DNA of 64,000 nt from Caulobacter sp. (GTDB lineage Bacteria; Pseudomonadota; Alphaproteobacteria; Caulobacterales; Caulobacteraceae), in NCBI GenBank assembly GCA_028291265.1, contig JAQGIK010000064.1, forward strand, positions 6,082 to 70,081. The letters run 5' to 3'. Shown here piece by piece: positions 8,774 to 18,708 of this stretch. The notes under the pieces are model-generated. The model saw nothing but the letters and a program-made list of their open reading frames with translations, made no database searches and was not told the origin of the DNA. Every line of letters begins with the position of its first letter. The first letter of the stretch is position 1. The position numbers and the translations under genes were made by a program.

Positions 8774-10755
8774 TCCGGGCTTCAGTCCTGAGCCGAGCTT
8801 TGACCAGCGTCCTCGTCGCCGCCTCGCTCGTTGTCGCCTCCTGCTCCGGCGGCGGCGGTGGCGGCGGCGGTGGAGGGGGCGGAGGCGGTGGTGGCGGGGG
8901 AGGCGGCGGTGGCGGCGGCGGTGGGCCGGTCTATCCGCCGCTCGGCCTGGCCGCGCTCAGCGTCGCCGATGTCGAGGGCGTGGTGGCCCGGGCCGTGGCC
9001 GAGGCGCGGGCCCGGTCGCGCCCGGCGGTGATCGCCGTGACCGACCGGGTCGGCAATGTGCTGGCCGTCTATCGGATGACCGGCGCGCCGGCGACCATCA
9101 CCATCCGCCCGGGTCCCGGGACCAACCGCGACATCCAGGGCGTCGTCGCCCCCGCCGAGGCCGGGGCCATCGCCAAGGCGGTGACCGGCGCCTACCTCTC
9201 CTCGGCCGGCAACGCCTTCTCCAGCCGCACGGCCAGCATGATCGTGCAGCAGCACTTCCCGCCGGCTCCCGGCGCGGTCGGCCTCGAAAGCGGCCCGCTG
9301 TTCGGGGTGCAGTTCAGCCAGCTGCCCTGTTCGGACCTGAACCGGCGCTATGCGGCCGGCGGCGGGGCCACCGCCTTCCTCGGTCCCAAGCGCTCGCCGC
9401 TGGGCCTGGCCGCCGACCCCGGCGGCTTCCCGCTCTACAAGGGCGGGGTGCTGGTCGGCGGCGTCGGCGTCATCGCCGAGGGCGACTACGGCTTCGACCC
9501 CAACGTCACCAACGTCGACAACGACCTCGAAGAGATCATCGCCCTGGCGGCCATGAGCGGCCTCGACCCGGCGACCGAGATCAAGGCCGACCGCATCACC
9601 GTCGATGGGACGAGCCTGCGCTTCAGCGACGCCACGACCTCCGACCTGATGAGCACCCCGGCCAGCGCCCCGGCCTTTGGAACCCTGCCGGTCGGCACGG
9701 GCGTTCTCGTGCCGGTCATCGGCTATTACGCGGGCGGCGCGGCCATCGCCGGCCAGACCTTCGGAACCGAGGGCTCGGGGGTGCGCGACGCGGCCCCCGC
9801 CGAGTTCGCCGATCCGGACGCCTTCGTCCTGACCAACGGCGCCGGCGGCAATCGCTACCCGCCGGCCGCCGGGGCCGATGGCGGCAGCGTCACCACGCCG
9901 CTGACCGCCGCCGAGGCGCGCAGCCTTCTGGAGCAGGCCTTCGCCGTCATGCGCCACGCCCGGGCCCAGATCCGCCAGCCGCTCGACAGCCGCGCCCAGG
10001 TGACCATCTCGGTGGTCGACACCCACGGCGACATCCTCGGCATGGTGCGCTCGCCCGACGCCCCGGTGTTCGGCATCGACGTCTCGCTGCAGAAGGCCCG
10101 CACGGCGGCCTTCATGAGCAACCCCAACGCCGGCGCCGACCTGTCGGCCGATCCCAGCGCCGACGTCCGCGCCTTCGTGCCGGCCACCCGCACCTTCCTC
10201 GGCCGTCCCGACGCCCTGACCGGCGCCATCGGCTTTTCGGTCCGGGCCATCGGCAACCTGCACCGGCCCTATTTCCCCGACGGCGAGGTCGGCCGGCCGC
10301 CCGGCCCGCTGTCGCGCTCGATCGCCGACTGGAGCCCCTTCTCGACCGGCCTGCAGTCGGCCCTGGTCTTTAGCAATCTCGGCCAGCACCTGACCTTCGT
10401 GAACGGCGGCGGGGCCGACACCCCGGCCCGCTGCACGGCCCTGCCCGACGCCCGCCCCGGCCAGAACCGGCTGCAGAACGGCCTGCAGATCTTCCCCGGC
10501 GGCGTGCCCATCTATCGCGGCGGCCAGCTGGTCGGCGCCATCGGCGTCTCCGGCGACGGCATCGACCAGGACGACATGATCAGCGCCCTGGGCCTGACCA
10601 ACGCCGGCGGCGCCATCGGCCATCCGGCCCCGGGCATCCGCTCCGACACGGTCGTCGTCGTACAGGGCGCGACCAGCACGCGCCTGCGCTACGTCAACTG
10701 TCCCTTCGCGCCCTACATCGACAGCGGCGCCTCCAACGTCTGTTCCGGAATCTGA
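8770..10755 (+). CDS. Lipoprotein with poly-Gly linker and two GlcG/HbpS (heme-binding, DUF336-like) domains
   Basis: Lipobox VVAS-C; 26 Gly codons; two copies of the family signature (AIAKAVTGA / GGFPLYKGGVLVGGVGV and LQKARTAA / GGVPIYRGGQLVGAIGVSG). 4-nt overlap with the upstream gene. Confidence 0.82.
   Translation: MIRASVLSRALTSVLVAASLVVASCSGGGGGGGGGGGGGGGGGGGGGGGGGGPVYPPLGLAALSVADVEGVVARAVAEARARSRPAVIAVTDRVGNVLAVYRMTGAPATITIRPGPGTNRDIQGVVAPAEAGAIAKAVTGAYLSSAGNAFSSRTASMIVQQHFPPAPGAVGLESGPLFGVQFSQLPCSDLNRRYAAGGGATAFLGPKRSPLGLAADPGGFPLYKGGVLVGGVGVIAEGDYGFDPNVTNVDNDLEEIIALAAMSGLDPATEIKADRITVDGTSLRFSDATTSDLMSTPASAPAFGTLPVGTGVLVPVIGYYAGGAAIAGQTFGTEGSGVRDAAPAEFADPDAFVLTNGAGGNRYPPAAGADGGSVTTPLTAAEARSLLEQAFAVMRHARAQIRQPLDSRAQVTISVVDTHGDILGMVRSPDAPVFGIDVSLQKARTAAFMSNPNAGADLSADPSADVRAFVPATRTFLGRPDALTGAIGFSVRAIGNLHRPYFPDGEVGRPPGPLSRSIADWSPFSTGLQSALVFSNLGQHLTFVNGGGADTPARCTALPDARPGQNRLQNGLQIFPGGVPIYRGGQLVGAIGVSGDGIDQDDMISALGLTNAGGAIGHPAPGIRSDTVVVVQGATSTRLRYVNCPFAPYIDSGASNVCSGI
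8848..8925 (+). repeat. GGN trinucleotide tract encoding Gly26
   Basis: 26 consecutive GGN codons using mixed GGC/GGT/GGA/GGG. Confidence 0.95.
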
Positions 10756-10757
10756 CG

Positions 10758-12680
10758 ATGGCCGCCCTCCGCCCAACCCTGCTGCTCGGGAGCGCGGCCG
10801 CCGCCGCGCTGCTGGCCGGCGGAGCGTGGGCGGGAGACGGGTCAGTGATCGAGCAAGCGGTCGAGGCGGCGCGGCATCAGGCAGATGGCGAGACTCCGCC
10901 CGAGGTCATTGCCTCGCAGCCGAGATCCAGGCCGGATGCCGAGACCGTCGCGACCGCGCCCGCCGGAGAAGCCCAGCCGCAGTCGATGTTCGAATGGCTG
11001 CCCTGGCGCCGCCGACCAGGCCGTATCGAGACCTATCCCGACCGCGATCCGCAGGAGAACCCCGGCGCGGTCAACGCCCCGCCGCCGGAAGCCTTCCCGG
11101 CCGACCATTTCCCGATCCCCGACCGCTGGCGCCTGGCCGACCAGTTCGGGGTCAAGGAGAACTGGTTCGACCCCTACAACCAGAACACCTTCAAGGGCGA
11201 CCGCCCGATCCCCGGCACCGACGACCGCTTCCTGGTCTTCACCGGCATCATGGACACGGTCATCGAGCCGCGCAGCTTCCCCGTGCCGGTCGGCGTCCAG
11301 ACCACCTCGGGCCCCGGAAGCAACGATGTCTTCGGCCGCGCCGACAGCCTGGTCGCCTCACAGACCTTCGTCGCCGGCCTGGCCTTCATCGAGGGCTCGA
11401 CGGCCTTCAAGCCGCCGGACTTCGAGGCCCGGCTGACCCTGGCCTTCAACTACAATTACGCCGACATCAGCGAGCGCCGCATCCTGTCGGTCAAGCCCAG
11501 CCGCGACACCGAGCGCGAGGACTGGTTCATCGGCCTGCAGGAAGCCTTCGTCGATTACCACCTGCGCAACGTCTCGGACCGCTTCGACTTCGATTCCATA
11601 CGGGTCGGTATCCAGCCTTTCAACGCCGACTTCCGCGGCTTCCTGTTCCAGGACAACCAGCTGGGCGTGCGGCTTTTCGGCAACCGCGACAACAATCGCT
11701 GGCAGTACAACCTGGCCCTCTTCTGGCGCATCGAGAAGGACACCAACTCGGGCCTCAACGACCTGACCCAGACCCTGCGCGACGACCAGCTGTTCGTGGC
11801 CAACCTCTACCGCCAGGATTTCCCGGTCCCCGGCATGACCTCGCAGGTCACCGCCGTCTACAACCGCAACGACGAGGCCGACGAGATCCAGGTCGACGAC
11901 AACGGCTTCCCGGTCCGCCCGGCCCTGATCGGCAACCTGCGGCCCCGCGACTACGACGTCCTCTACCTGGGATACTCCGCCGACGGACGGTTTGGCCGGC
12001 TCAACCTCTCGGGCAGCCTCTACGGGGCGTTCGGCGAGGACCGCAATTCCATCTTCACCAGCAAGCCGGCCGACATCCGCGCCTGGTTCGCGGCGGTGGA
12101 GCCGTCGATCGATTTCAACTGGGTGCGGGTGAGGGGCTCCTTCCTCTACGCCTCGGGCGACGACGACCCCTACGACAACGTCGAGAAGGGCTTCGACGCC
12201 ATCTTCGAGAACCCGCAGTTCGCCGGAGCCGACACCAGCTACTGGATCCGCCAGTCGATCCCCTTCGCCGGCGGCGGCCGCGCCGTCGGCATCAACGGCC
12301 GCAACGGCATCCTCAATTCGCTGCGCTCGTCGAAGGAAGAGGGGCAGTCCAACTTCAACAACCCGGGGACCATGCTGGTCGGGATCGGGGCCGACCTCGA
12401 CGTCACGCCGCAGGTTCGCTTGAGCGGCAACATCAACCACCTGTGGTTCGACGACACCATCACCGTCCAGGTGTTGCGCAACGAGGGCTCGATCCCCAGG
12501 GAGCTGGGCCTCGACATGTCGGTCGGCGCCATCTGGCGGCCGTGGATGACCCAGAACATCGTCTTCAGGGCCTCGGGCGCGGTGTTCGAACCGGGCGACG
12601 GCTTCGGCGACCTGTTCACCAACGCCGAGGGCGACGACCGCTACTATTCGATCCTGCTCAACGCGACCCTGGCCTTCTGA
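10758..12680 (+). CDS. Putative outer-membrane beta-barrel protein
   Basis: Signal peptide (AWA-G), alternating amphipathic aromatic-rich strands, C-terminal ...LLNATLAF ending in Phe (BAM-type signal). Confidence 0.72.
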   Translation: MAALRPTLLLGSAAAAALLAGGAWAGDGSVIEQAVEAARHQADGETPPEVIASQPRSRPDAETVATAPAGEAQPQSMFEWLPWRRRPGRIETYPDRDPQENPGAVNAPPPEAFPADHFPIPDRWRLADQFGVKENWFDPYNQNTFKGDRPIPGTDDRFLVFTGIMDTVIEPRSFPVPVGVQTTSGPGSNDVFGRADSLVASQTFVAGLAFIEGSTAFKPPDFEARLTLAFNYNYADISERRILSVKPSRDTEREDWFIGLQEAFVDYHLRNVSDRFDFDSIRVGIQPFNADFRGFLFQDNQLGVRLFGNRDNNRWQYNLALFWRIEKDTNSGLNDLTQTLRDDQLFVANLYRQDFPVPGMTSQVTAVYNRNDEADEIQVDDNGFPVRPALIGNLRPRDYDVLYLGYSADGRFGRLNLSGSLYGAFGEDRNSIFTSKPADIRAWFAAVEPSIDFNWVRVRGSFLYASGDDDPYDNVEKGFDAIFENPQFAGADTSYWIRQSIPFAGGGRAVGINGRNGILNSLRSSKEEGQSNFNNPGTMLVGIGADLDVTPQVRLSGNINHLWFDDTITVQVLRNEGSIPRELGLDMSVGAIWRPWMTQNIVFRASGAVFEPGDGFGDLFTNAEGDDRYYSILLNATLAF

Positions 12681-12684
12681 AGCC

Positions 12685-15600
12685 ATGGGGCGGAAGGGCA
12701 TCAAACGCTGGCTGCTCGGAGCCCTGGCCATCGCGGCCTCCGTCCTTGTGGTCGGGGGCCTGACCACGGCCTCGGCCCTGGCGCGGGCCGAGGAAGAGGA
12801 AATGCCGGTCGCCCGGACCTACGTCGCCGCCCCGCCCGCCAAGGCCGGCCAGGCGCCCGCCGAAGCAAAAGCCAAGAGCGCCGGCTGCATGAGCTGCCAT
12901 TCGCCGGTCGACTCGGTGTCGATGCATGCCTCCGAGGCCGTGGTCATCGGCTGCGCCGACTGCCACGGCGGCGACGCTGGTGCGAGCCTGCCGGCCGGGA
13001 CAGCGAAGGACAGCGCCTCCTACGTCGCCGTCCGCGACCGGGCCCACGTCCTGCCGCGCTATCCCAAGGCCTGGGGCTGGCCGGGCTCGGCCAATCCCAA
13101 ACGCAGCTACAGCCTGCTCAATCGCGAGTCGCCAGCGTTCATCCGCTTCGTCAATCCGGGCGACTACCGCGTCGCCCGCCAGGCCTGCGGCGCCTGCCAC
13201 ATGGGGCTGATCGAGGCCAACGAACGCTCCCTGATGGCCACCGGGGCGATGTTCTATGGCGGGGCCAGCTACAACAACGGCGTCCTGCCGTTCAAACGCT
13301 ACATGGTCGGCGAGTCCTACACGCCCGACGGCGAGACGGCGAAGATCGTCTCTCCCGGCAAACCGGCCGGCACGGTCACCGAGGCGGAAGCCAGGCGCGG
13401 CGCCCTGCCGGTGCTCTATCCGCTGCCGACCTGGCAGGTGGTGCCGCCGGGCGATGTCTTCCGGGTGTTCGAGCGCGGCGGCCGCAACATCGGCACGCAG
13501 TTCCCCGAGATCGGCTTGCCCAACCCGACCGGCCAGACCCAGCGGCTGGAAGAGGCCGGCCGGCCCGACATCCGCCAGTCGAACCGGGGTCCGGGCACCG
13601 GCCTGCGCATCGCCGTGCCGGTGCTCAATATCCACAAGACCCGGCTGAACGATCCCTACACCTGGTTCCTCGGCACCAACGACCAGCCCGGCGACTACCG
13701 CTCCTCGGGCTGCGCCAGCTGCCACGTCGTCTACGCCAACGACCGCGAGCCGCGGCACAGCCTGACCTACGCCCAGTTCGGCCGCGACGGGCAGAGCCAG
13801 ACCGCCGATCCGACCATCGACAAGGCCGCGCCGGGCCACCCGCTGAAGCATGTGTTCAGCCGCGCCATCCCGACCAGCCAGTGCATGAACTGCCACATGC
13901 ACCAGCCCAACATGTTCCTGAACAGTTTCCTCGGCTACACCATGTGGGACTACGAGTCCGACGCGCCCTCGATGTGGCCGAAAAAGCAGAAATACCCCTC
14001 GGACAAGGACATCCGCGAAACCAACGACCGCAACCCCGAGGGCGCCGCGCCGAAGGGCCTGTGGGGCGACCTCGACTTCATGCGTGAGGTCTACGGCCTC
14101 AACAAAAACCTGAAAGACACCCAGTTCGCCGACTACCACGGCCACGGCTGGAACATCCCCGGCGTCTTGAAGCGCGACCGGGCAGGCAACCTGCTCGACA
14201 AGGACGGCAAGATCGTCAGCCCGGACGACCCCGAGAAATGGCGCAGGAAGGGGGAGGGCGAGTTCGTCCAGCCCGGCGTCAATCCCGGCAAGACCGTCCA
14301 CATGATGGATATCCACGCCGAGAAGGGCATGCAGTGCGCCGACTGCCACTTCGCCCAGGACAGCCACGGCAGCGGCCTGATCATGGGCGAGGTCGCCTCG
14401 GCCGTGGAGATCAGCTGCAAGGACTGCCACGGCAACGCGCGCAAGTATCCGAATCTGCGCACGTCCGGGCCGGCCGCCCCGCCTGGCGGCGCCGACCTGA
14501 TGGTCCTACGCAACCCGGACGGCCAGCGCCGTTTCGAATGGCTGGAGCGGGATGGCCGGCGCGTGCTGATGCAGCGCTCCATCGTCGATCCCAAGCTGGA
14601 GTGGGAGGTGTCGCTGGTGAAGGACGCCGTCGATCCGACCAGCCCGACCTTCAACGCCAAGTCGGCCCGCGCCAAGCTGATGAGCAAGGGGGTGGCGGGC
14701 CAGAAGCCGTTCGCGTTTGGATCGGGTGTCGCCGACAAGGATCTCGCCCACCCCGAGGCCGAGATCGCCTGCTTCACCTGCCACACCAGCTGGACGCCGA
14801 GCTGCGGCGGCTGCCACCTGCCCATCGAGGCCAACTGGAAGGCCGAGAGCCACAAGGACAAGGGCGGCGAGACCCGCAACTTCGCCACCTACAATCCGCA
14901 GGTGGCCCGCGACGACATGTTCCAGCTGGGCAAGCACCAGCTGACCCGCGGCGGCATCATCGCGCCTGTCCGATCAAGTTCGGCCCTGGTGCTCAGTTCA
15001 ACCAACATCAACCGCGAGCGCATCTATGTGCAGCAGCCGCCGATCTCGGCGGCGGGCTTCTCCAGCCAGGCCTTCGCGCCGCACTTCCCGCACACGGTGC
15101 GGACGACCGAGACCAAGACCTGCACCGACTGCCACGTCTCGGCGGCCGAGGACAACAACGCCATCATGGCCCAGCTGCTGACGCTGGGAACGGGCACAGT
15201 CAACTTCGTCGGCATGCATGCCTGGGTCGGGGCTGAAGGCGGCTTCGAGGCCATCCGCGTCACCGAATGGGACGAGCCGCAGGCGGTGCTCGGCTCCTAC
15301 CTGCAGAAGTACGCCTACCCCGACTTCTACGGGATGCACGTCAGCAAGAACCGTCTCCAGCTGATGAACTGGACCCGCAAGGCCAGGGACGGCGGGGTCG
15401 AGGAATTCGCCAATGTCCGCCAGGGGGCCGGCGGCGACGTCCGCTGCCTGCAGCTGCGCGGGGAATACATGTACGTGGCCGAGGGCCGGGGCGGCTTCCG
15501 CGTCTATGACGTGGCCAGCATCGGCAACAAGGGCGTCTCCGAACGCATCGTCACCGCGCCGTTCTCGGGCGCGGGCCACGACACCCAGGTCGCCTCGGCC

Positions 15601-16587
15601 AACGCCACCTGCATGGCCCTGCCGACCAACCAGCCGATCAACCCGCTGCGCAACACGCCGATGATGCAGCAGGAAAACCTCGAACAGCCCTTCCACCCCA
15701 TTTACCACTACGCCTTCGTCACCGACGCGAAGGAGGGGTTGATCGCGGTCAACGTCGACACGCTTGCCGACGGCGACCCACGCAACAACAAACTGAAGCG
15801 CGCGGTGACCTGGAACCCCGGCGGGGTGCTGAACGGGGCCCGCCACATCACCCTGGCCGGCCGCTATGCCTACATCGCCGCCACCTCGGGCCTCGTGGTC
15901 GTCGACCTCGACGATCCGCTCAAGCCTCGCCATGTGACCACCGTGCCGCTCGCCGACGTGCGGGCCAGCGCCGTGCAGTTCCGCTACCTGTTCGTCACCG
16001 ACCGCGAAGGGGTGCGGGTCCTGGACGTCACCCGTCTCGACCGCCCCGTGGTCATCCCCGGCGCCGTCGTGCCGCTGGCCGATGCGCGCCGCCTCTACGC
16101 CGCCCGCACCTACCTCTATGTGGCGGCCAAGGCCGAGGGCCTGGTCATCCTCGACATCGAGCGGCCCCGCGCGCCCCGCATCGCCCAGCGCATCACCTTC
16201 GACGGCCGGCTGAACGACGCCGAGGACGTGGTCATCGGCGCCACCAACGCCAGCCTGTTCGCCTACGTCGCCGACGGCCGCAATGGCCTGAAGGTCCTGC
16301 AGCTGACCAGCCCGGCCAGCCAGCCCAACTTCTACGGCTTCAGCCCCGCCCCGGTCCCCGAACTGATCGCCTGGGCGAAGACCAGGACGCCGGCCTTCGC
16401 TCTGTCCCGCGGCCTCGACCGCGACCGCGCCGTCGACGAGACCGGCAACCAGATGGCCGTCTTCGGCCGCCTGGGCTCGCGACCCTTCAACAGGAGCGAG
16501 ATGGAACGGCTGTTCCTCAACCCGCAGGGCGAGGTCTATCGGGTGACCGACACGCCCAGCATGGCCGACTGGCTGGCGGGCCGCTAA
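12685..16587 (+). CDS. 1300-aa exported decaheme cytochrome c with C-terminal LVIVD-type beta-propeller
   Basis: Signal peptide; ten CxxCH (CMSCH, CADCH, CGACH, CASCH, CMNCH, CADCH, CKDCH, CFTCH, CGGCH, CTDCH); about six Y(A/L/M)(Y/F)V...G(L/F/V)xVxD(V/I/L) repeats in the C-terminal third. Confidence 0.88.
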   Translation: MGRKGIKRWLLGALAIAASVLVVGGLTTASALARAEEEEMPVARTYVAAPPAKAGQAPAEAKAKSAGCMSCHSPVDSVSMHASEAVVIGCADCHGGDAGASLPAGTAKDSASYVAVRDRAHVLPRYPKAWGWPGSANPKRSYSLLNRESPAFIRFVNPGDYRVARQACGACHMGLIEANERSLMATGAMFYGGASYNNGVLPFKRYMVGESYTPDGETAKIVSPGKPAGTVTEAEARRGALPVLYPLPTWQVVPPGDVFRVFERGGRNIGTQFPEIGLPNPTGQTQRLEEAGRPDIRQSNRGPGTGLRIAVPVLNIHKTRLNDPYTWFLGTNDQPGDYRSSGCASCHVVYANDREPRHSLTYAQFGRDGQSQTADPTIDKAAPGHPLKHVFSRAIPTSQCMNCHMHQPNMFLNSFLGYTMWDYESDAPSMWPKKQKYPSDKDIRETNDRNPEGAAPKGLWGDLDFMREVYGLNKNLKDTQFADYHGHGWNIPGVLKRDRAGNLLDKDGKIVSPDDPEKWRRKGEGEFVQPGVNPGKTVHMMDIHAEKGMQCADCHFAQDSHGSGLIMGEVASAVEISCKDCHGNARKYPNLRTSGPAAPPGGADLMVLRNPDGQRRFEWLERDGRRVLMQRSIVDPKLEWEVSLVKDAVDPTSPTFNAKSARAKLMSKGVAGQKPFAFGSGVADKDLAHPEAEIACFTCHTSWTPSCGGCHLPIEANWKAESHKDKGGETRNFATYNPQVARDDMFQLGKHQLTRGGIIAPVRSSSALVLSSTNINRERIYVQQPPISAAGFSSQAFAPHFPHTVRTTETKTCTDCHVSAAEDNNAIMAQLLTLGTGTVNFVGMHAWVGAEGGFEAIRVTEWDEPQAVLGSYLQKYAYPDFYGMHVSKNRLQLMNWTRKARDGGVEEFANVRQGAGGDVRCLQLRGEYMYVAEGRGGFRVYDVASIGNKGVSERIVTAPFSGAGHDTQVASANATCMALPTNQPINPLRNTPMMQQENLEQPFHPIYHYAFVTDAKEGLIAVNVDTLADGDPRNNKLKRAVTWNPGGVLNGARHITLAGRYAYIAATSGLVVVDLDDPLKPRHVTTVPLADVRASAVQFRYLFVTDREGVRVLDVTRLDRPVVIPGAVVPLADARRLYAARTYLYVAAKAEGLVILDIERPRAPRIAQRITFDGRLNDAEDVVIGATNASLFAYVADGRNGLKVLQLTSPASQPNFYGFSPAPVPELIAWAKTRTPAFALSRGLDRDRAVDETGNQMAVFGRLGSRPFNRSEMERLFLNPQGEVYRVTDTPSMADWLAGR

Positions 16588-16976
16588 GGCTCGCGCGAGA
16601 TCGGGAACAGCGCCCGCAGTCTCGGATTGCGCAGCCACAGCCCGCCCCACATGAACAGGCCGAGATAGAGACTGAACAGCTCATGGCTGAACAGCGGATT
16701 GCCGACCCGCACCTGGGTCGCCATGGCCCCGCCCAGCAGTCCCATCATCAGCACCGCGCCGAGCACACTGGTGCGCGGGATCAGGTAGAGCACCAGGCAG
16801 GTCAGCTCGATGATGCCGATCAGCAGCACATAGCCCGGCGGCCAGCCGAGGCCGGTGAGGGTTTCGGCCGCCACCGGCAGATGCAGCAGCTTGGGCGCGA
16901 TGGATGCGCCGAGCATGAACAGGGCGAAGAGCCCGGTCAGCACGCGGCCGGTCCAGACCATTGCGGATGCGTTCAT
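16584..16976 (-). CDS. DoxX-family membrane protein
   Basis: 130 aa, four hydrophobic segments, IGIIEL...LYLIPRTSVLGAVL pattern typical of DoxX_2. Confidence 0.8.
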   Translation of the reverse strand: MNASAMVWTGRVLTGLFALFMLGASIAPKLLHLPVAAETLTGLGWPPGYVLLIGIIELTCLVLYLIPRTSVLGAVLMMGLLGGAMATQVRVGNPLFSHELFSLYLGLFMWGGLWLRNPRLRALFPISREP

Positions 16977-17156
16977 TTACGTCCCCTCCCGGGATTGTGG
17001 CCTTGGGCCCGTTGGCCCGCCTCTCTTCCAAGGACGGCCGCTGCCGGCCGTTCCCGACATGGCCCTGACAGTAATCGCCGTTCGCCGGCCCCGAAAGGCC
17101 CCGTCGCCTCGGCCTTCGGGATGGTCCATAAGGAGGCGTCGCCCGGAGCACCGCCC

Positions 17157-17327
17157 GTGAAATCGCCGCCTTCCAAGACCCGCCTGTCGGACCTCAAGGG
17201 CGGATCGGGCCCCGCCAAGAAGTTCGAACCGCCGACCCCGAAGGTCAGCCGCCTCAAGAAGGGCAAGGTGCTGACGCCGGCCGAGAAGGCGGCCTTCCTG
17301 GCCTCGAGACCCGACCTCAAGGGGTGA
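17157..17327 (+). CDS. Small basic hypothetical protein (56 aa; alternative ATG at 17121)
   Basis: GGAG 8 nt before GTG; GC-rich third positions; Lys/Pro-rich. No family recognised. Confidence 0.45.
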   Translation: MKSPPSKTRLSDLKGGSGPAKKFEPPTPKVSRLKKGKVLTPAEKAAFLASRPDLKG

Positions 17328-17337
17328 GGAAGCCCGA

Positions 17338-17793
17338 ATGGAGACCAACAAGGGTCAGTTCGCAGGTCGGATGATGCGTCCCATTTCCCTGGTCGTCGTC
17401 TCGCTGCTGGTCGGCTCGCCGCTTGCCGCCGGGCCGGCCGCCGCCACCGGCCTGTCCCATCCGGCGCGGGCGCCCAACGAGAAAGACGCCGCCGCGATTG
17501 TCGCCAGGCCGGTGTGGCTGCAGCGTCCGACCAAGGCACAGCTCGAAGCGGCCTACCCGCGTATGGCGCTTCGTCGAAACGTCTCCGGCCTGGCGGTTCT
17601 TTGGTGCAGCGTCCGTCCCGACGGCTGGCTGCGTGACTGTCGGGTCGTTTCCGAGACTTCAACCGGCTACGGCTTTGGCCAGGCCGCCATCGACGTCAGC
17701 CCCCGGTATCGGTTGGCCAGCAAGGACGCCCTTGGCCGTAGGGTCGCGGGCCGGTTCGTTCGCTTCAGCGTCGTCTTCCGGACTCCCGACTAA
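17338..17793 (+). CDS. TonB C-terminal domain protein
   Basis: Hydrophobic N-terminus, then AYPxxA...SGxAVLxCxVxPDGxLxDCxVVSE...GFGxAA, the alphaproteobacterial TonB_C pattern. Confidence 0.75.
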   Translation: METNKGQFAGRMMRPISLVVVSLLVGSPLAAGPAAATGLSHPARAPNEKDAAAIVARPVWLQRPTKAQLEAAYPRMALRRNVSGLAVLWCSVRPDGWLRDCRVVSETSTGYGFGQAAIDVSPRYRLASKDALGRRVAGRFVRFSVVFRTPD

Positions 17794-18659
17794 TGCCCGG
17801 CTGAGCCCTCGGCCCGCTCATGGGCCAGGTGCTTGAGGAACCCCTGCATCTTCACCGTATAGCGGGCCAGGATCTTGGCCCGGCCCTGTTCGTCGGTGTC
17901 GGTGTAGTGGCTGACCAGGGCCTTGCCGTTCCACCAGTGCAGGCCGATGCCGGGCGGGCCGGCGACGATCATCGGGCGGTCGTCGGGGTTGTCCAGGTTC
18001 ATCGGGTCAAGGTCGAGCACGACCTGCGGCTGGGTCGAGGGACAGACCCGCACGGTCGTCCCCCCGAACGCCGAGATGATCGGCCGGTGTACGTGGCCCG
18101 CCAGGATGGCGACGATGTTGTTGTGCCGGGCGACGATGGGCTCCAGCCGGGCGACCCAGGCCTCCGACGGGCCGATGGTCATCCACTCGATGCCGGTGTC
18201 GATGGGCGGGTGGTGCATGACCACCAGGGTCGGCCGGTCGGACTCGGCCAGCCGCTGTTCCAGCCAGGCGGCGCGGGGCTCGTCGAAGCCGCCGCCGTGA
18301 CGGCCGGTTTCGAGCGTGTCGAGCACCAGGATGCGCAGCGGCAGATTGTCGACGGCATACTGGTTGAAGCCGCCCGAGAAGGGGGCGTTCGGATAGACCT
18401 GGCGGAAGACGTCGCGGTTGTCGTGGTTGCCCATGCAGAACAGGACCGGCATGGCCAGCTTGTCGAGGATCTTCTTCAGCCGCTTGTAGCTGGGCAGGTC
18501 GCCGTGGTCGGTGAGATCGCCGGTGGCCAGCACCAGGTCGGGCCGCGGCGCCAGTTCGTTCAGCGTCTTGACCACCAGGCGCAGGCGCTTGGCGTTGTCC
18601 TCGAAGTCCCCGCCGGAGCCGAAGCCCAGGTGCAGGTCGGTGATCTGGGCGATCAGCAT
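17790..18659 (-). CDS. cpdA: Class III metallophosphoesterase (CpdA/GpdQ-like cyclic-nucleotide phosphodiesterase)
   Basis: Motifs DLH, GDLTD, GNHD, HHPP, GHVH; last gene of the cyclase operon. Substrate not proven. Confidence 0.8.
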   Translation of the reverse strand: MLIAQITDLHLGFGSGGDFEDNAKRLRLVVKTLNELAPRPDLVLATGDLTDHGDLPSYKRLKKILDKLAMPVLFCMGNHDNRDVFRQVYPNAPFSGGFNQYAVDNLPLRILVLDTLETGRHGGGFDEPRAAWLEQRLAESDRPTLVVMHHPPIDTGIEWMTIGPSEAWVARLEPIVARHNNIVAILAGHVHRPIISAFGGTTVRVCPSTQPQVVLDLDPMNLDNPDDRPMIVAGPPGIGLHWWNGKALVSHYTDTDEQGRAKILARYTVKMQGFLKHLAHERAEGSAGH

Positions 18660-18708
18660 GGTTGCCCCTCAGCAGCTGTAATCGTCCGGCCCGAACGCGG
18701 CCCTCCCG

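Noticed and set aside
16977-17156. Possible riboswitch/ncRNA (GAAA- and TTCG-capped hairpins)
   Set aside because: No recognisable aptamer consensus; short GC hairpins are expected at this composition. An Rfam scan would be needed.
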